DNA of 62,316 nucleotides, taken from the NCBI GenBank assembly GCA_963627615.1, contig CAVGBV010000002.1:1-62316 (forward strand), read 5' to 3'. Position 1 is the first letter of the stretch. The number at the start of each line of letters is the position of its first letter. Under the pieces are notes generated by a model. That model was given only the letters and a program-made list of their open reading frames with translations. It was not told the DNA's origin and searched no databases. Of the stretch, positions 29,479 through 38,005 are shown one piece after another. Made by a program: the position numbers and the translations under genes. Source of the DNA: Alloprevotella sp. (lineage in GTDB: Bacteria > Bacillota > Clostridia > Lachnospirales > Bianqueaceae).

Positions 29479-30039
29479 ATGAATAAAGTGATTTTGATGG
29501 GTCGTTTGACCCGTGATCCGGAAGTGCGTTATTCTCAGTCCGGACAGGCCGTATGCCGTTATACTCTGGCAGTGAACCGCTCTTATAAGAGAGAGGGCGA
29601 GCCGGATGCTGATTTCTTCAATGTTATTGCATTTGCGCAGCGTGGTGAGTTTGCGGGAAAGTATTTCCGTAAAGGCATGATGGTTGCGGTGTGTGGCGAG
29701 TTGAGAAACAGCAGCTACGAACAGAACGGTGTTAAGCGCTATGTAACGGACATTATTGTAACGGACCAGTATTTTGCAGAGAGCAAGGCATCTTTTGAGG
29801 GACGCAGCCAGGGCGGAAGCCATGCGCAGTCGTCCGGCGGCTATCAGAATTACCAGTCGGTAGCCCCGCAGAACAACAATTTTGCTCCGCAGAATAATGG
29901 CTTCGCACCGCAGGGCAATCCGTATCAGCAGCCTTCTTATGGGGCGGCTCCGATGGATTCTCAGACCGGTGCGGGTGGCCCGGAAGGCTTTACGCCTGTA
30001 GATGCAACATTAGAAGGTGACGCGGATCTGCCGTTTTAA
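29479..30039 (+). CDS. ssb: Single-stranded DNA-binding protein
   Basis: OB-fold N-terminus MNKVILMGRLTRDPEVRY, a Gly/Gln/Pro-rich linker, and an acidic DADLPF tip. Confidence 0.95.
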   Translation: MNKVILMGRLTRDPEVRYSQSGQAVCRYTLAVNRSYKREGEPDADFFNVIAFAQRGEFAGKYFRKGMMVAVCGELRNSSYEQNGVKRYVTDIIVTDQYFAESKASFEGRSQGGSHAQSSGGYQNYQSVAPQNNNFAPQNNGFAPQGNPYQQPSYGAAPMDSQTGAGGPEGFTPVDATLEGDADLPF

Positions 30040-30076
30040 GGCAGGCCGCTCCGATTAAGAATAGGAGGTTTTTGTC

Positions 30077-30319
30077 ATGGCAGTTCCTCAGAAGAAGAGA
30101 CCCACCATGCGCCGCAAAAAGCGTGTTTGCAGCTTCTGCGCCGAGAATGGCGAGACGCTGAGCTATAAGGATGTAGCAAAGCTTAGAAGATATGTATCTG
30201 AGCGGGGCAAGATTCTGCCTCGTCGTATCAACGGCAACTGTGCTAAGCATCAGCGTGTGCTGACGATCGCTGTAAAGCGTGCCCGCCATCTGGCTTTGAT
30301 GCCGTACACCGTAGATTAA
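30077..30319 (+). CDS. rpsR: 30S ribosomal protein S18
   Basis: 80 aa with conserved [22 protein letters not shown]. Confidence 0.95.
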   Translation: MAVPQKKRPTMRRKKRVCSFCAENGETLSYKDVAKLRRYVSERGKILPRRINGNCAKHQRVLTIAVKRARHLALMPYTVD

Positions 30320-30334
30320 TACAGAGTATGAGAG

Positions 30335-30365
30335 ACGCCGGTCATCTATTGACCGGCGTTTTTTA
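30335..30365 (+). terminator. Rho-independent terminator after rpsR
   Basis: ACGCCGGTC / GACCGGCGT stem followed by TTTTT. Confidence 0.78.
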
Positions 30366-30434
30366 CTTGATAAATACACATGGATTTGTTATAATAAGAC
30401 CAGCCTTATGGCGAATCCCAAAAGGAGAGCTGGA

Positions 30435-31829
30435 ATGTTGAATAAAAGACAACGGACCATGATGCCTGCGCAGGTTTTGACGCTGGGCTTCGCGATCATT
30501 ATTATAATAGGTACGATGTTGTTGATGCTGCCTGCGGCAAGTGCGGCGGGACAGTGGACGGATCCGCTTACCGCGCTGTTTACGGCGACGACATCTGTGT
30601 GCGTAACAGGGCTGGTTACCGTGCCGACCTACAGTCATTGGTCTGCAGCGGGACAGTGGATCATTCTGCTCCTTGTAGAACTGGGAGGCCTGGGGTTTAT
30701 GACCTTTGCGACCATGGCCATTCTGGTAGCGGGACGCAGGGTCACGCTGAAGAGAAAGCTTCTGATCCAGGAGGCGTTGAGTCAGAATACGCCCGGAGGA
30801 GTGACACAGCTGGTTCGGCAGGTCTTTTTTGGAACCATTTTCGTGCAGGGAGTGGGAGCATTGCTTCTGGCAATGCGTTTCTGCCCGGAATATGGATTGG
30901 CAAGAGGAATTTATTATGGAATCTTTCATTCGATCAGCGCCTTTTGTAATGCGGGTCTGGATATTTTGGGGCCGGACAGTCTAATCCCATATGCGGGTGA
31001 TGCCTATGTAAACACGGTGATCATTCTGCTGATTGTGCTGGGAGGGCTGGGGTATGTCGTATGGCTGGATGTGTGCAAGGCCCTGAAAGAAGCTTATAAG
31101 CCGTCAAGAGGTCTTAGACGGTATTGTTATGTCCGGCGGGTGTGGCGGCATTGTTCGCTGTATTCTAAGTTGGTGCTGACAATGACAGCAGGGCTGATCA
31201 TCCTGGGGTGGCTGGGATTTATCATAATGGAGTGGAAGAATCCGGAGACCTTAGGGAGCATGCCGATCGCGGAACGATTTCAGGCCGCTTTTTTTCAGTC
31301 AGTGACAACCCGTACGGCAGGATTTGCGGGAATCGCGCAGGGAGGTCTGACGGATAATTCCAAGGTGCTGACCAGTATCCTGATGTTTATCGGCGGGTCC
31401 TCCGGCGGTACTGCCGGTGGAATCAAGACAGTGACGGTGGCGGTAATGCTTCTGACGATCGGTTCTTATATCCGGGGGCATGGCGATGTCGAGGTATTTG
31501 GCCGAAGGATTGTGCCGTCAGCGGTGCGTCGGGCATTTTCCCTTGGAATCTGTGCCTTTTTGCTGGGGATCCTGTTTACGATGGTGATTGGAGGGATAGA
31601 AGGGCTGCCTTTTGTGGATGTCCTGTTTGAAGTCGCGTCGGCGATCGGGACGACAGGACTCAGCGTCGGGATCACTCCGGGGCTTACGCCCATCAGTCAG
31701 ATCCTGTTGATCGTATTGATGTATATCGGGCGTTTAGGTCCATTGACTATTATGATGGCGTTAAAGATTCGGCAGGAGGAATCCCGGACCAATATACGCT
31801 GTCCGGAGGAGGAGGTTATGATCGGATGA
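30435..31829 (+). CDS. TrkH/KtrB-family K+ uptake membrane subunit
   Basis: Repeated pore-loop motifs (TTSVCVTGL, SAFCNAGLD, TTRTAGF, IGTTGLSVG). ATG 30435 is preferred (AAAGGAGAG RBS); 30408 is possible. Confidence 0.85.
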   Translation: MLNKRQRTMMPAQVLTLGFAIIIIIGTMLLMLPAASAAGQWTDPLTALFTATTSVCVTGLVTVPTYSHWSAAGQWIILLLVELGGLGFMTFATMAILVAGRRVTLKRKLLIQEALSQNTPGGVTQLVRQVFFGTIFVQGVGALLLAMRFCPEYGLARGIYYGIFHSISAFCNAGLDILGPDSLIPYAGDAYVNTVIILLIVLGGLGYVVWLDVCKALKEAYKPSRGLRRYCYVRRVWRHCSLYSKLVLTMTAGLIILGWLGFIIMEWKNPETLGSMPIAERFQAAFFQSVTTRTAGFAGIAQGGLTDNSKVLTSILMFIGGSSGGTAGGIKTVTVAVMLLTIGSYIRGHGDVEVFGRRIVPSAVRRAFSLGICAFLLGILFTMVIGGIEGLPFVDVLFEVASAIGTTGLSVGITPGLTPISQILLIVLMYIGRLGPLTIMMALKIRQEESRTNIRCPEEEVMIG

Positions 31830-32485
31830 AGAAAGAGGCCAAGAGTTTCGCAGTCCTGGGGTTGGGACGGTTCGGCAGTAATATTGCCAGAACATTGGAG
31901 GAGTACGGCGCTCAGGTGCTGGCGGTAGATTCGCGGGAGGAAAAGGTCGAGGAGATTGCCGATGAGGTGACCCATGCGGTTCAGGCGGATGTGACGGATC
32001 TGTCGGCGCTGCGGTCCATGGGAATGGCAGAGTTTGACGGAGTCATTGTCGCGATTGGCGAAAACATGGAGACCAGTATCATCACGATTATGCATCTGAA
32101 GGATCTGGGCGCGAAGCATATCATTGCCAAGGCCCAGAACGAGCTGCATGCCAAGGTGTTGAAAAGGATCGGAGCCAATCGGGTGATTCTCCCGGAGAAG
32201 GATATGGCGGTACGTGTAGGACATGGCCTGGTCAACGGCAATATTCTGGACTATATAGAGCTGTCTGAAGAATACGGTATCTACGAGATCGCGGCGCCTA
32301 AGGAGTGGCAGGGAAATACGCTGGTTCAGCTCAATCTCCGGGCCCGCCTGGGGATCAATGTCATGGCGGTACATAAGAGCGGCGGAGAATTTGTCGTATC
32401 TCCGGGGGCGGAATATCTGGTGAGCGCCGGAGATCAGATGGTTGTAATCGCGAAAAAAGATATCGTAGATCAGTTGGTGGATTGA
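31826..32485 (+). CDS. TrkA/KtrA-family K+ uptake regulatory (RCK) subunit
   Basis: GLGRFG Rossmann motif. 219 aa. ATGA start/stop overlap with the upstream membrane subunit. Confidence 0.85.
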   Translation: MKKEAKSFAVLGLGRFGSNIARTLEEYGAQVLAVDSREEKVEEIADEVTHAVQADVTDLSALRSMGMAEFDGVIVAIGENMETSIITIMHLKDLGAKHIIAKAQNELHAKVLKRIGANRVILPEKDMAVRVGHGLVNGNILDYIELSEEYGIYEIAAPKEWQGNTLVQLNLRARLGINVMAVHKSGGEFVVSPGAEYLVSAGDQMVVIAKKDIVDQLVD

Positions 32486-32486
32486 G

Positions 32487-33302
32487 ATGGCAGAGTATAT
32501 ATCCAGTATGCAAAATCCCGTAGTTAAGCTGTTAAAAAGCCTGCACAGCAAAAAGGGCAGATATGAAAATGGCCTGTTTCTGGTAGAAGGAATGCGCCTG
32601 TGCGGTGAAATATGCCCGCCATGGCAGACGGAGTTCTTGATATTCAGTGAGAAGTTCTATGAACAGAATGCGGAGAAGGAAGCGCTGATTGCGGAATGCC
32701 CCGACGCTAAGGTACGGATCCTGCCGGAGGAAGTTTTTGCGGCGGTATCAGATACACAGCATCCGCAGGGAGTGTTGGCGGCAGTCCGGATGCGGCAGTT
32801 TGATCTGAGCACACTCACTCAGAAGGAGAATCCGTTTCTGGTGGTATTGGAGGATTTGCAGGATCCTGGCAATGCAGGGACAATTCTGCGGACGGCGGAT
32901 GCTGCCGGAGCGGATGGGATTCTTTGCTCCAAGGGAACGGTGGATTTTTACAGTCCCAAAACGGTACGTGCTTCCATGGGATCCATTTTCCATTTGCCGA
33001 TAGTGCAGGCGGCAGATTTTGCTGAAGGGTTGAGAGAACTTCAAGCGCAGGGAATCCATCTGTTGGCGGCGCACCTGCAGGGCAGCCGGCCGCATTTTGA
33101 GGCGGATTATACCGGGGGCTGCGCCATTATGATAGGAAATGAAGGAAAAGGATTGACACCGGAGGCCGCGTCCATGGCGGATGAGCGGATCCGGATCCCG
33201 CAGCCGGGCCGGGCAGAGTCCCTGAATGCTTCGGTTGCGGCCGGAATATTGATCTATGAAGCGCTGAGACAACGTACAGGAGGAGAGATATCATGCATAT
33301 GA
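32487..33302 (+). CDS. TrmH/SpoU-family RNA 2'-O-methyltransferase
   Basis: SpoU blocks LEDLQDPGNAGTILRTADAAG, IGNEGKGL and SLNASVAAGILIYE. Confidence 0.8.
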   Translation: MAEYISSMQNPVVKLLKSLHSKKGRYENGLFLVEGMRLCGEICPPWQTEFLIFSEKFYEQNAEKEALIAECPDAKVRILPEEVFAAVSDTQHPQGVLAAVRMRQFDLSTLTQKENPFLVVLEDLQDPGNAGTILRTADAAGADGILCSKGTVDFYSPKTVRASMGSIFHLPIVQAADFAEGLRELQAQGIHLLAAHLQGSRPHFEADYTGGCAIMIGNEGKGLTPEAASMADERIRIPQPGRAESLNASVAAGILIYEALRQRTGGEISCI

Positions 33303-34195
33303 AGTTGTTTTCGATTGGTCCGTTGAATGTGTACAGCTACGGACTGATGATCGCGGTTGGGATCATCGCGGCGGTATGGCTGGCAATGCGGCGCTGCCCG
33401 GATCGCGGATTGGATAAGGATCAGATGTTCAATATGGGATTTCTGGGGATTGTGGTAGGTGTGATCGGCGCCAAACTGATGTACTATATCGTCGAATTAC
33501 CGGCAATCCTTCAGGATCCGTCGCTGCTGCTGGATATTACCAATGGTTTTGTGGTATACGGCGGAATCATCACCGGAATTCTGGCGCCGTATATTTATGC
33601 TCGGGTCAAGAAGCTGCCCTTTTTGAAGTATTTGGATACGGCGATTCCGTCCATTCCATTGGCACAGGGATTGGGCAGAATCGGATGCTTTTTGGCGGGA
33701 TGCTGTTACGGACGGCCGACGGACGCGTGGTTTGGCGTAATCTTCCCGGCGGATGGTCTTGCGCCGGCCGGAGTTTCCTTGATACCGACCCAGCTCTTTT
33801 CCAGCATCGGTGATTTTGCGATAGCGGCCTTTTTGCTGTGGTATACCCGTAAGGGCAAGGAACGACAGGAGGGACTGGCAGCGGGATGGTATACGGCACT
33901 CTATGCGGTCGGGAGATTCATTATTGAGTTCTTCCGCGATGACCCCAGAGGAAGTGTTGGATTCCTATCCACTTCACAGTTTATCTCAGTAATTATGCTG
34001 ATTGCGGCAATTGTCTGGATTAGCATGTGCCTGAAAAAACGCAAAGCAAAAGAAGAGGCGGAAGCCGAGAAGAAGGTGGATGCGGAATTGGCCGCGGAAC
34101 AGGAAGAGCGGGAACAGCGCGAACAGGAATGGAAGAAGATCGGAAAGGCTTTGAGTCCGGAAGAACCTGAGGAAGACAGTCAGGATTCCGAATAA
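33293..34195 (+). CDS. lgt: Prolipoprotein diacylglyceryl transferase with charged C-terminal extension
   Basis: GRIGCFLAGCCYGRP and PTQLFSS motifs. About 50 aa of Lys/Glu-rich tail follow the last TM helix. Confidence 0.85.
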   Translation: MHMKLFSIGPLNVYSYGLMIAVGIIAAVWLAMRRCPDRGLDKDQMFNMGFLGIVVGVIGAKLMYYIVELPAILQDPSLLLDITNGFVVYGGIITGILAPYIYARVKKLPFLKYLDTAIPSIPLAQGLGRIGCFLAGCCYGRPTDAWFGVIFPADGLAPAGVSLIPTQLFSSIGDFAIAAFLLWYTRKGKERQEGLAAGWYTALYAVGRFIIEFFRDDPRGSVGFLSTSQFISVIMLIAAIVWISMCLKKRKAKEEAEAEKKVDAELAAEQEEREQREQEWKKIGKALSPEEPEEDSQDSE

Positions 34196-34209
34196 GAATA
34201 TGTAAGGAA

Positions 34210-34253
34210 CAGAACAGGCCTTTGCTGCTGGATAGCAGCAAGGGCCTGTTCTG
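34210..34253. terminator. 20-bp hairpin after lgt
   Basis: CAGAACAGGCCTTTGCTGCT / AGCAGCAAGGGCCTGTTCTG with a GGAT loop. There is no clean T-run on the + strand. Confidence 0.5.
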
Positions 34254-34275
34254 GCTTGAAGCGGAGAATAAAAAG

Positions 34276-34302
34276 CATGTACTCCGGCGGACGGAGTACA
34301 TG
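34276..34302 (-). terminator. Hairpin with a T-run only on the minus strand
   Basis: CATGTACTCCG / CGGAGTACATG 11-bp stem. The minus strand continues CTTTTTATTCT. Confidence 0.35.
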
Positions 34303-34372
34303 GCGATAATGACGGAACGGATTGATTTTAACATGCCGGATTTGTCACCGTATTAAAAAATATATCATAATT

Positions 34373-34398
34373 TATTCGAAAACTATTGATTTCGAATA
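34373..34398. promoter_or_regulatory. Inverted repeat (candidate TetR operator) overlapping the -35 of the tetR-sipW promoter
   Basis: TATTCGAAA (34373-34381) and TTTCGAATA (34390-34398), a perfect 9-bp inverted repeat with an 8-nt spacer. Confidence 0.4.
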
Positions 34399-34414
34399 GC
34401 AGATATGCTATACT
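34386..34414 (+). promoter_or_regulatory. SigA-type promoter of the tetR-sipW-...-sortase operon
   Basis: TTGATT (34386-34391), 17 nt, TATACT (34409-34414). Confidence 0.5.
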
Positions 34415-34562
34415 CCATGTATGCAGAGGAAGGTCACTGCAGAATGGTGTTGTATAAGAAGCTGCAGAGCCTTGGCAAATCCCATAATCCAGTTTTTTGG
34501 CGATTTGCTTTTTTCAGGCTTCTCATAAGTAATCACTTATTTTAATCAGAGGGAGTATTTGT

Positions 34563-35162
34563 ATGGAGCCGAACAACATGAAGCAGGTTTTTATAAGGAG
34601 TGTTGTGCGCGTTGTCGCCAGAGAAGGTCTGGGGAAGGCAACGACCAAAGCGATTGCCGCAGAGGCCAAACTCAATGAAGCCTACATCTATCAGTGTTTC
34701 TCCAATAAGGACGAGCTTCTGAGCGAGGCGTTCTATCTGGAGGATAAGAATTTTGCACAATATCTGCATGAAGCGCTGCGGGTCATGAAAACAAAGGGGA
34801 CATCCTGGAGGGACCGGGCGTATCAGCTATGGATAGGCAGCTGGAGATATATGCTGGAAAAAGAAGATGACTGCTGCTTTTATCTTCGGTATTATTATTC
34901 TGCCCAGTGCCGGACACATGCATACGCCACGCATCTGAAGTTCTTTCATGATCTGATTGACAGTACGAGGCCGACATTTAAGCCGGAGACCAATGTGGAT
35001 ATGCTGATCCATCAGATCTTTGATACGATGCTCTCTTTTGCGGCGAGAGTACTTGGCGGCGAGATGGAGAACAATGAAGAGACAGCAAAGTGGGCCTTTG
35101 AGCAGATCTACAGCTTTGTAATACCCAATGTCAGGCCGGAAGTGCTAGAGGCGATTTTATGA
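34563..35162 (+). CDS. TetR/AcrR-family transcriptional regulator
   Basis: N-terminal HTH (REGLGKATTKAIAAEAKLNEAYIYQCFSNKDEL). 199 aa. The stop overlaps the sipW start (ATGA). Confidence 0.75.
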   Translation: MEPNNMKQVFIRSVVRVVAREGLGKATTKAIAAEAKLNEAYIYQCFSNKDELLSEAFYLEDKNFAQYLHEALRVMKTKGTSWRDRAYQLWIGSWRYMLEKEDDCCFYLRYYYSAQCRTHAYATHLKFFHDLIDSTRPTFKPETNVDMLIHQIFDTMLSFAARVLGGEMENNEETAKWAFEQIYSFVIPNVRPEVLEAIL

Positions 35163-35689
35163 ATGGAAAGCTAAGAAAAGTATGGAATGGGATCAGCAGC
35201 GTTCTGGTAGCAGTGGTTGTCCTGCTGGCGGTCCTGCTGGTTGGCGTAAGATTGGTTGGTTTTCAGGTATTTACCGTATTGTCCGGTTCGATGGAGCCTA
35301 CATATCATACCGGAGCCTTGATCTATGTCAAGGAGGTGGATCCGTATACCATTCAGGTAGGCCAACCGATTACCTTTCTGCTGACGGAAGATACGGTCGC
35401 GACACATCGGGTTGTAGAGATCGTCAAGGACGAGTCCGATCCGGCCGTGATTCGCTTCCGCACCAAGGGAGATGCCAATGAAGTGGAGGACGGCAGTCTG
35501 GTGCATTATAAAAATGTGATTGGTGTTCCCGTCTTTTCGATCCCGTATCTGGGCTATGTCGCGGATTTCATCCAGCATCCGCCCGGAATCTACATTGCGA
35601 TTGCAGTTGGGGCAGTTCTCCTGCTGCTGGTGCTGCTGCCGGACCTCTTACATGGAGGCAAGGGTAGCGGTACATCACAACAAGGGTAA
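35159..35689 (+). CDS. sipW: SipW-type (archaeal/ER-type) signal peptidase I
   Basis: N-terminal TM helix, SGSMEP catalytic Ser box, THRV His box, KGDAN box, C-terminal TM helix. 176 aa. Confidence 0.85.
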   Translation: MNGKLRKVWNGISSVLVAVVVLLAVLLVGVRLVGFQVFTVLSGSMEPTYHTGALIYVKEVDPYTIQVGQPITFLLTEDTVATHRVVEIVKDESDPAVIRFRTKGDANEVEDGSLVHYKNVIGVPVFSIPYLGYVADFIQHPPGIYIAIAVGAVLLLLVLLPDLLHGGKGSGTSQQG

Positions 35690-35737
35690 AGCCATACGGC
35701 TCCCTATAGATTATTATTGCTTAAGGAGGTTTTCACG

Positions 35738-36313
35738 ATGAAGACAAAAAGCAAGGCTTTGCTCTTGACTCTCTGTGCAGCACTGTTGGTTGCAGCATCC
35801 GTGTTGGGCACACTGGCATATCTGACCGTGCAGTCAAAGCCAGTAGTGAATACATTCAAGGGCAGCAATGTGCAGGTAGATCTCACAGAGACGACGACAG
35901 ATTATAAGATGGTTCCCGGTTGTAAAATTGCCAAAGATCCTACGGCAAAGGTCCTGGCGGGCAGCGTGGAATGTTATCTGTTCGTTGAATTGGAGAAGTC
36001 CGAGAATTTTGATGATTATCTATCCTACACGGTGGATACATCAGAAGGAGAATGGACCCTGTTGAAGACAGAGGGACGGAAGAGTATTTACTACCGAGAG
36101 ATTCGGACAGCGGATATTGGCAAGGAATTTCCCGTACTGGCGGGCGCTGGCGGCGGGGAAGTCACCGTCAAGGAGAACGTAACGAAGGAAATGATGGATG
36201 GTTTAACAGAGAAGACATATCCGACCCTGACCGTTACGGCCTATGCGTCTCAGCTGTATAAAAATAACACGGATATCTTTACTCCGGCGCAGGCCTGGGA
36301 TAATATCGGCTGA
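35738..36313 (+). CDS. TasA/BsaA/camelysin-superfamily protein with SipW-cognate signal peptide (paralogue 1)
   Basis: Signal MKTKSKALLL...VLGTLAYLTVQ..NTF, matching the SipW-cognate pattern GT-x-A-x-F/L-T. Shares the VPG..KDP and C-terminal LTVTAYASQ blocks with the paralogues. AAGGAGG RBS. Confidence 0.65.
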   Translation: MKTKSKALLLTLCAALLVAASVLGTLAYLTVQSKPVVNTFKGSNVQVDLTETTTDYKMVPGCKIAKDPTAKVLAGSVECYLFVELEKSENFDDYLSYTVDTSEGEWTLLKTEGRKSIYYREIRTADIGKEFPVLAGAGGGEVTVKENVTKEMMDGLTEKTYPTLTVTAYASQLYKNNTDIFTPAQAWDNIG

Positions 36314-36346
36314 TAGTGCGGAAGAGATTTGTAAGGAGGGAAAAAT

Positions 36347-36952
36347 ATGAAAAAGAAGATTATGGCGCTCTGCCTGTGTGTGATGCTGATGGCAATCGCT
36401 GTTGTGGGAACTTCTCTTGCATACTTTACAGATGTGAAGACCGCCAAAAATACATTTACCATTGGAAATGTGGACATTGAGCTGGACGAGGCAGATGTGA
36501 ACAATCCGAACAAGCGTGTTACGGAGAATGAGTACGAAGTATATCCGGGCATGACCGTGACCAAGGACCCGACAGTTCATAACGTAGGGGCAAATGATGC
36601 GTATATTCGTGCCACTGTTACCGTTCAGAACTGGATGGTGGAGTGTCCGGCATATTTCCCGGGCAGCAGCGCGACAGACAGCGATTCCCTGCTGTTAATT
36701 GTGGATGCGTTTGGCGAGGGATGGAGCGTTGTAAAGGTCACCACCCAAGAGAAGGACGTAAGTTTTGTTCTGAAGTATGATAAGGTTCTGGAATCCGGCA
36801 AGGATACGACACCGATCTTTAAAGAGGTGACCATCCCGACCGCGATTAAGAACGATGATTCTTTTGGAGACATTACGGTTCAGGCAGAGGCCATACAGGC
36901 GGAAAACCTTAGCACCTGGGAAGAGGCGTTTGCCGAATATGATGCTCAGTAA
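36347..36952 (+). CDS. TasA/BsaA/camelysin-superfamily protein with SipW-cognate signal peptide (paralogue 2)
   Basis: GTSLAYFTDVKTAKNTFTIGNVDIEL is a near-textbook SipW-cognate signal/N-terminus. Also YPGMTVTKDPTVHNVGANDAYIRATV and ITVQAEAIQ. Confidence 0.78.
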   Translation: MKKKIMALCLCVMLMAIAVVGTSLAYFTDVKTAKNTFTIGNVDIELDEADVNNPNKRVTENEYEVYPGMTVTKDPTVHNVGANDAYIRATVTVQNWMVECPAYFPGSSATDSDSLLLIVDAFGEGWSVVKVTTQEKDVSFVLKYDKVLESGKDTTPIFKEVTIPTAIKNDDSFGDITVQAEAIQAENLSTWEEAFAEYDAQ

Positions 36953-36975
36953 TTTTTCTGGGAGGAGTAAAGACT

Positions 36976-37530
36976 ATGAAGCGAAAACTATTGATTCTAT
37001 CGGTATTGGTTATATGTATCGCCTCATTGACGGCCGGAACCGTTGCGTTCTTTACCTCAGAGGATAAGGCGCATAATGTCATTACGACCGGCAGTGTCGA
37101 GATTGCCGTACAGGAATGGGCCGATGAAGCGAAGCAGGTGCCGTTTGCGGATCTGGAAGGGGTTTTACCGGGCGCGGCAGTGACGAAGATCGCGGAGGTT
37201 AAGAATATCGGCGCGTCCGAGGCATGGATTCGTGTCCGGGTCGAGAAGAGCATGCAATTAGGAAATGAACTGATACCGGATAGCGGAGTCATCGGATTGA
37301 ATCTGAATACCGAGGACTGGACGGTGGGACAAGATGGCTATCTGTATTATAATGAAGCGTTAAAGCCCGGTGAAGTCACGGCTCCGATATTTACGACGGT
37401 GACCTTTTCTGCCAAAATGGGGAATGAATACCGGGATGTAAAAGTAAATGTAGATGTTGAGGCGGAGGCTGTACAGACTGCCAACAACGGCACGTCTGCG
37501 ATGAACGCACAGGGCTGGCCCCGTAGTTAA
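36976..37530 (+). CDS. TasA/BsaA/camelysin-superfamily protein with SipW-cognate signal peptide (paralogue 3)
   Basis: AGTVAFFTSEDKAHNVITTGSVEIAV, LPGAAVTKIAEVKNIGASEAWIRVRV, VDVEAEAVQ. Confidence 0.75.
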   Translation: MKRKLLILSVLVICIASLTAGTVAFFTSEDKAHNVITTGSVEIAVQEWADEAKQVPFADLEGVLPGAAVTKIAEVKNIGASEAWIRVRVEKSMQLGNELIPDSGVIGLNLNTEDWTVGQDGYLYYNEALKPGEVTAPIFTTVTFSAKMGNEYRDVKVNVDVEAEAVQTANNGTSAMNAQGWPRS

Positions 37531-37546
37531 TGAAGGAGGCAGAACA

Positions 37547-37993
37547 ATGAATATGAAAAAAGTATTGGCAGTAGTCATCGGTTTTGCCTTAATGCTTACC
37601 ATGACCCTTCCGGGAGCACTGGCGGAATCCACTGATTCGGAGCCTGAGACGACAGAAGCTTCGGCTCATATTGAGACATGCTCGGAGGAGTGTGTGGATG
37701 AGGAATGCAGCTGCGGATGCCATCTGTTTGATCGCATCATGAGATGTGAGACGCTGGACGATCTCTGGACCAGGATCGAAGCGGCAACGGATGAAGAGTG
37801 GAGTGTACTGACCGAAGAAGAAAACGCGCAGATCGAAGCGAAGATCACGGCCATGGAGCCCGCTCCGGAACCGGAAGTGGTCCTCGTTCAGGATGATGTG
37901 GAAGAGACGGCTCCCAGTGAGATCGAATCTCAGACCGTTGATTATACCAATGTTGCTCCTTTTGGCGCTCCCGTCATTGGCGGTCAAGAGTAA
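37547..37993 (+). CDS. Secreted acidic protein with Cys cluster (unknown function)
   Basis: Sec-type signal peptide ending LPGALA/ES. The mature part is strongly acidic and carries CSEECVDEECSCGCH plus one further Cys. Good RBS and tight operon spacing. Confidence 0.5.
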   Translation: MNMKKVLAVVIGFALMLTMTLPGALAESTDSEPETTEASAHIETCSEECVDEECSCGCHLFDRIMRCETLDDLWTRIEAATDEEWSVLTEEENAQIEAKITAMEPAPEPEVVLVQDDVEETAPSEIESQTVDYTNVAPFGAPVIGGQE

Positions 37994-38005
37994 GGAGGAA
38001 ACGGG

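Noticed and set aside
30320-30434. ydaO/c-di-AMP riboswitch upstream of the Trk/Ktr K+ uptake genes.
   Set aside because: The spacer is only ~110 nt and is largely occupied by the rpsR terminator and the RBS. There is no room or motif for the ~130+ nt riboswitch.
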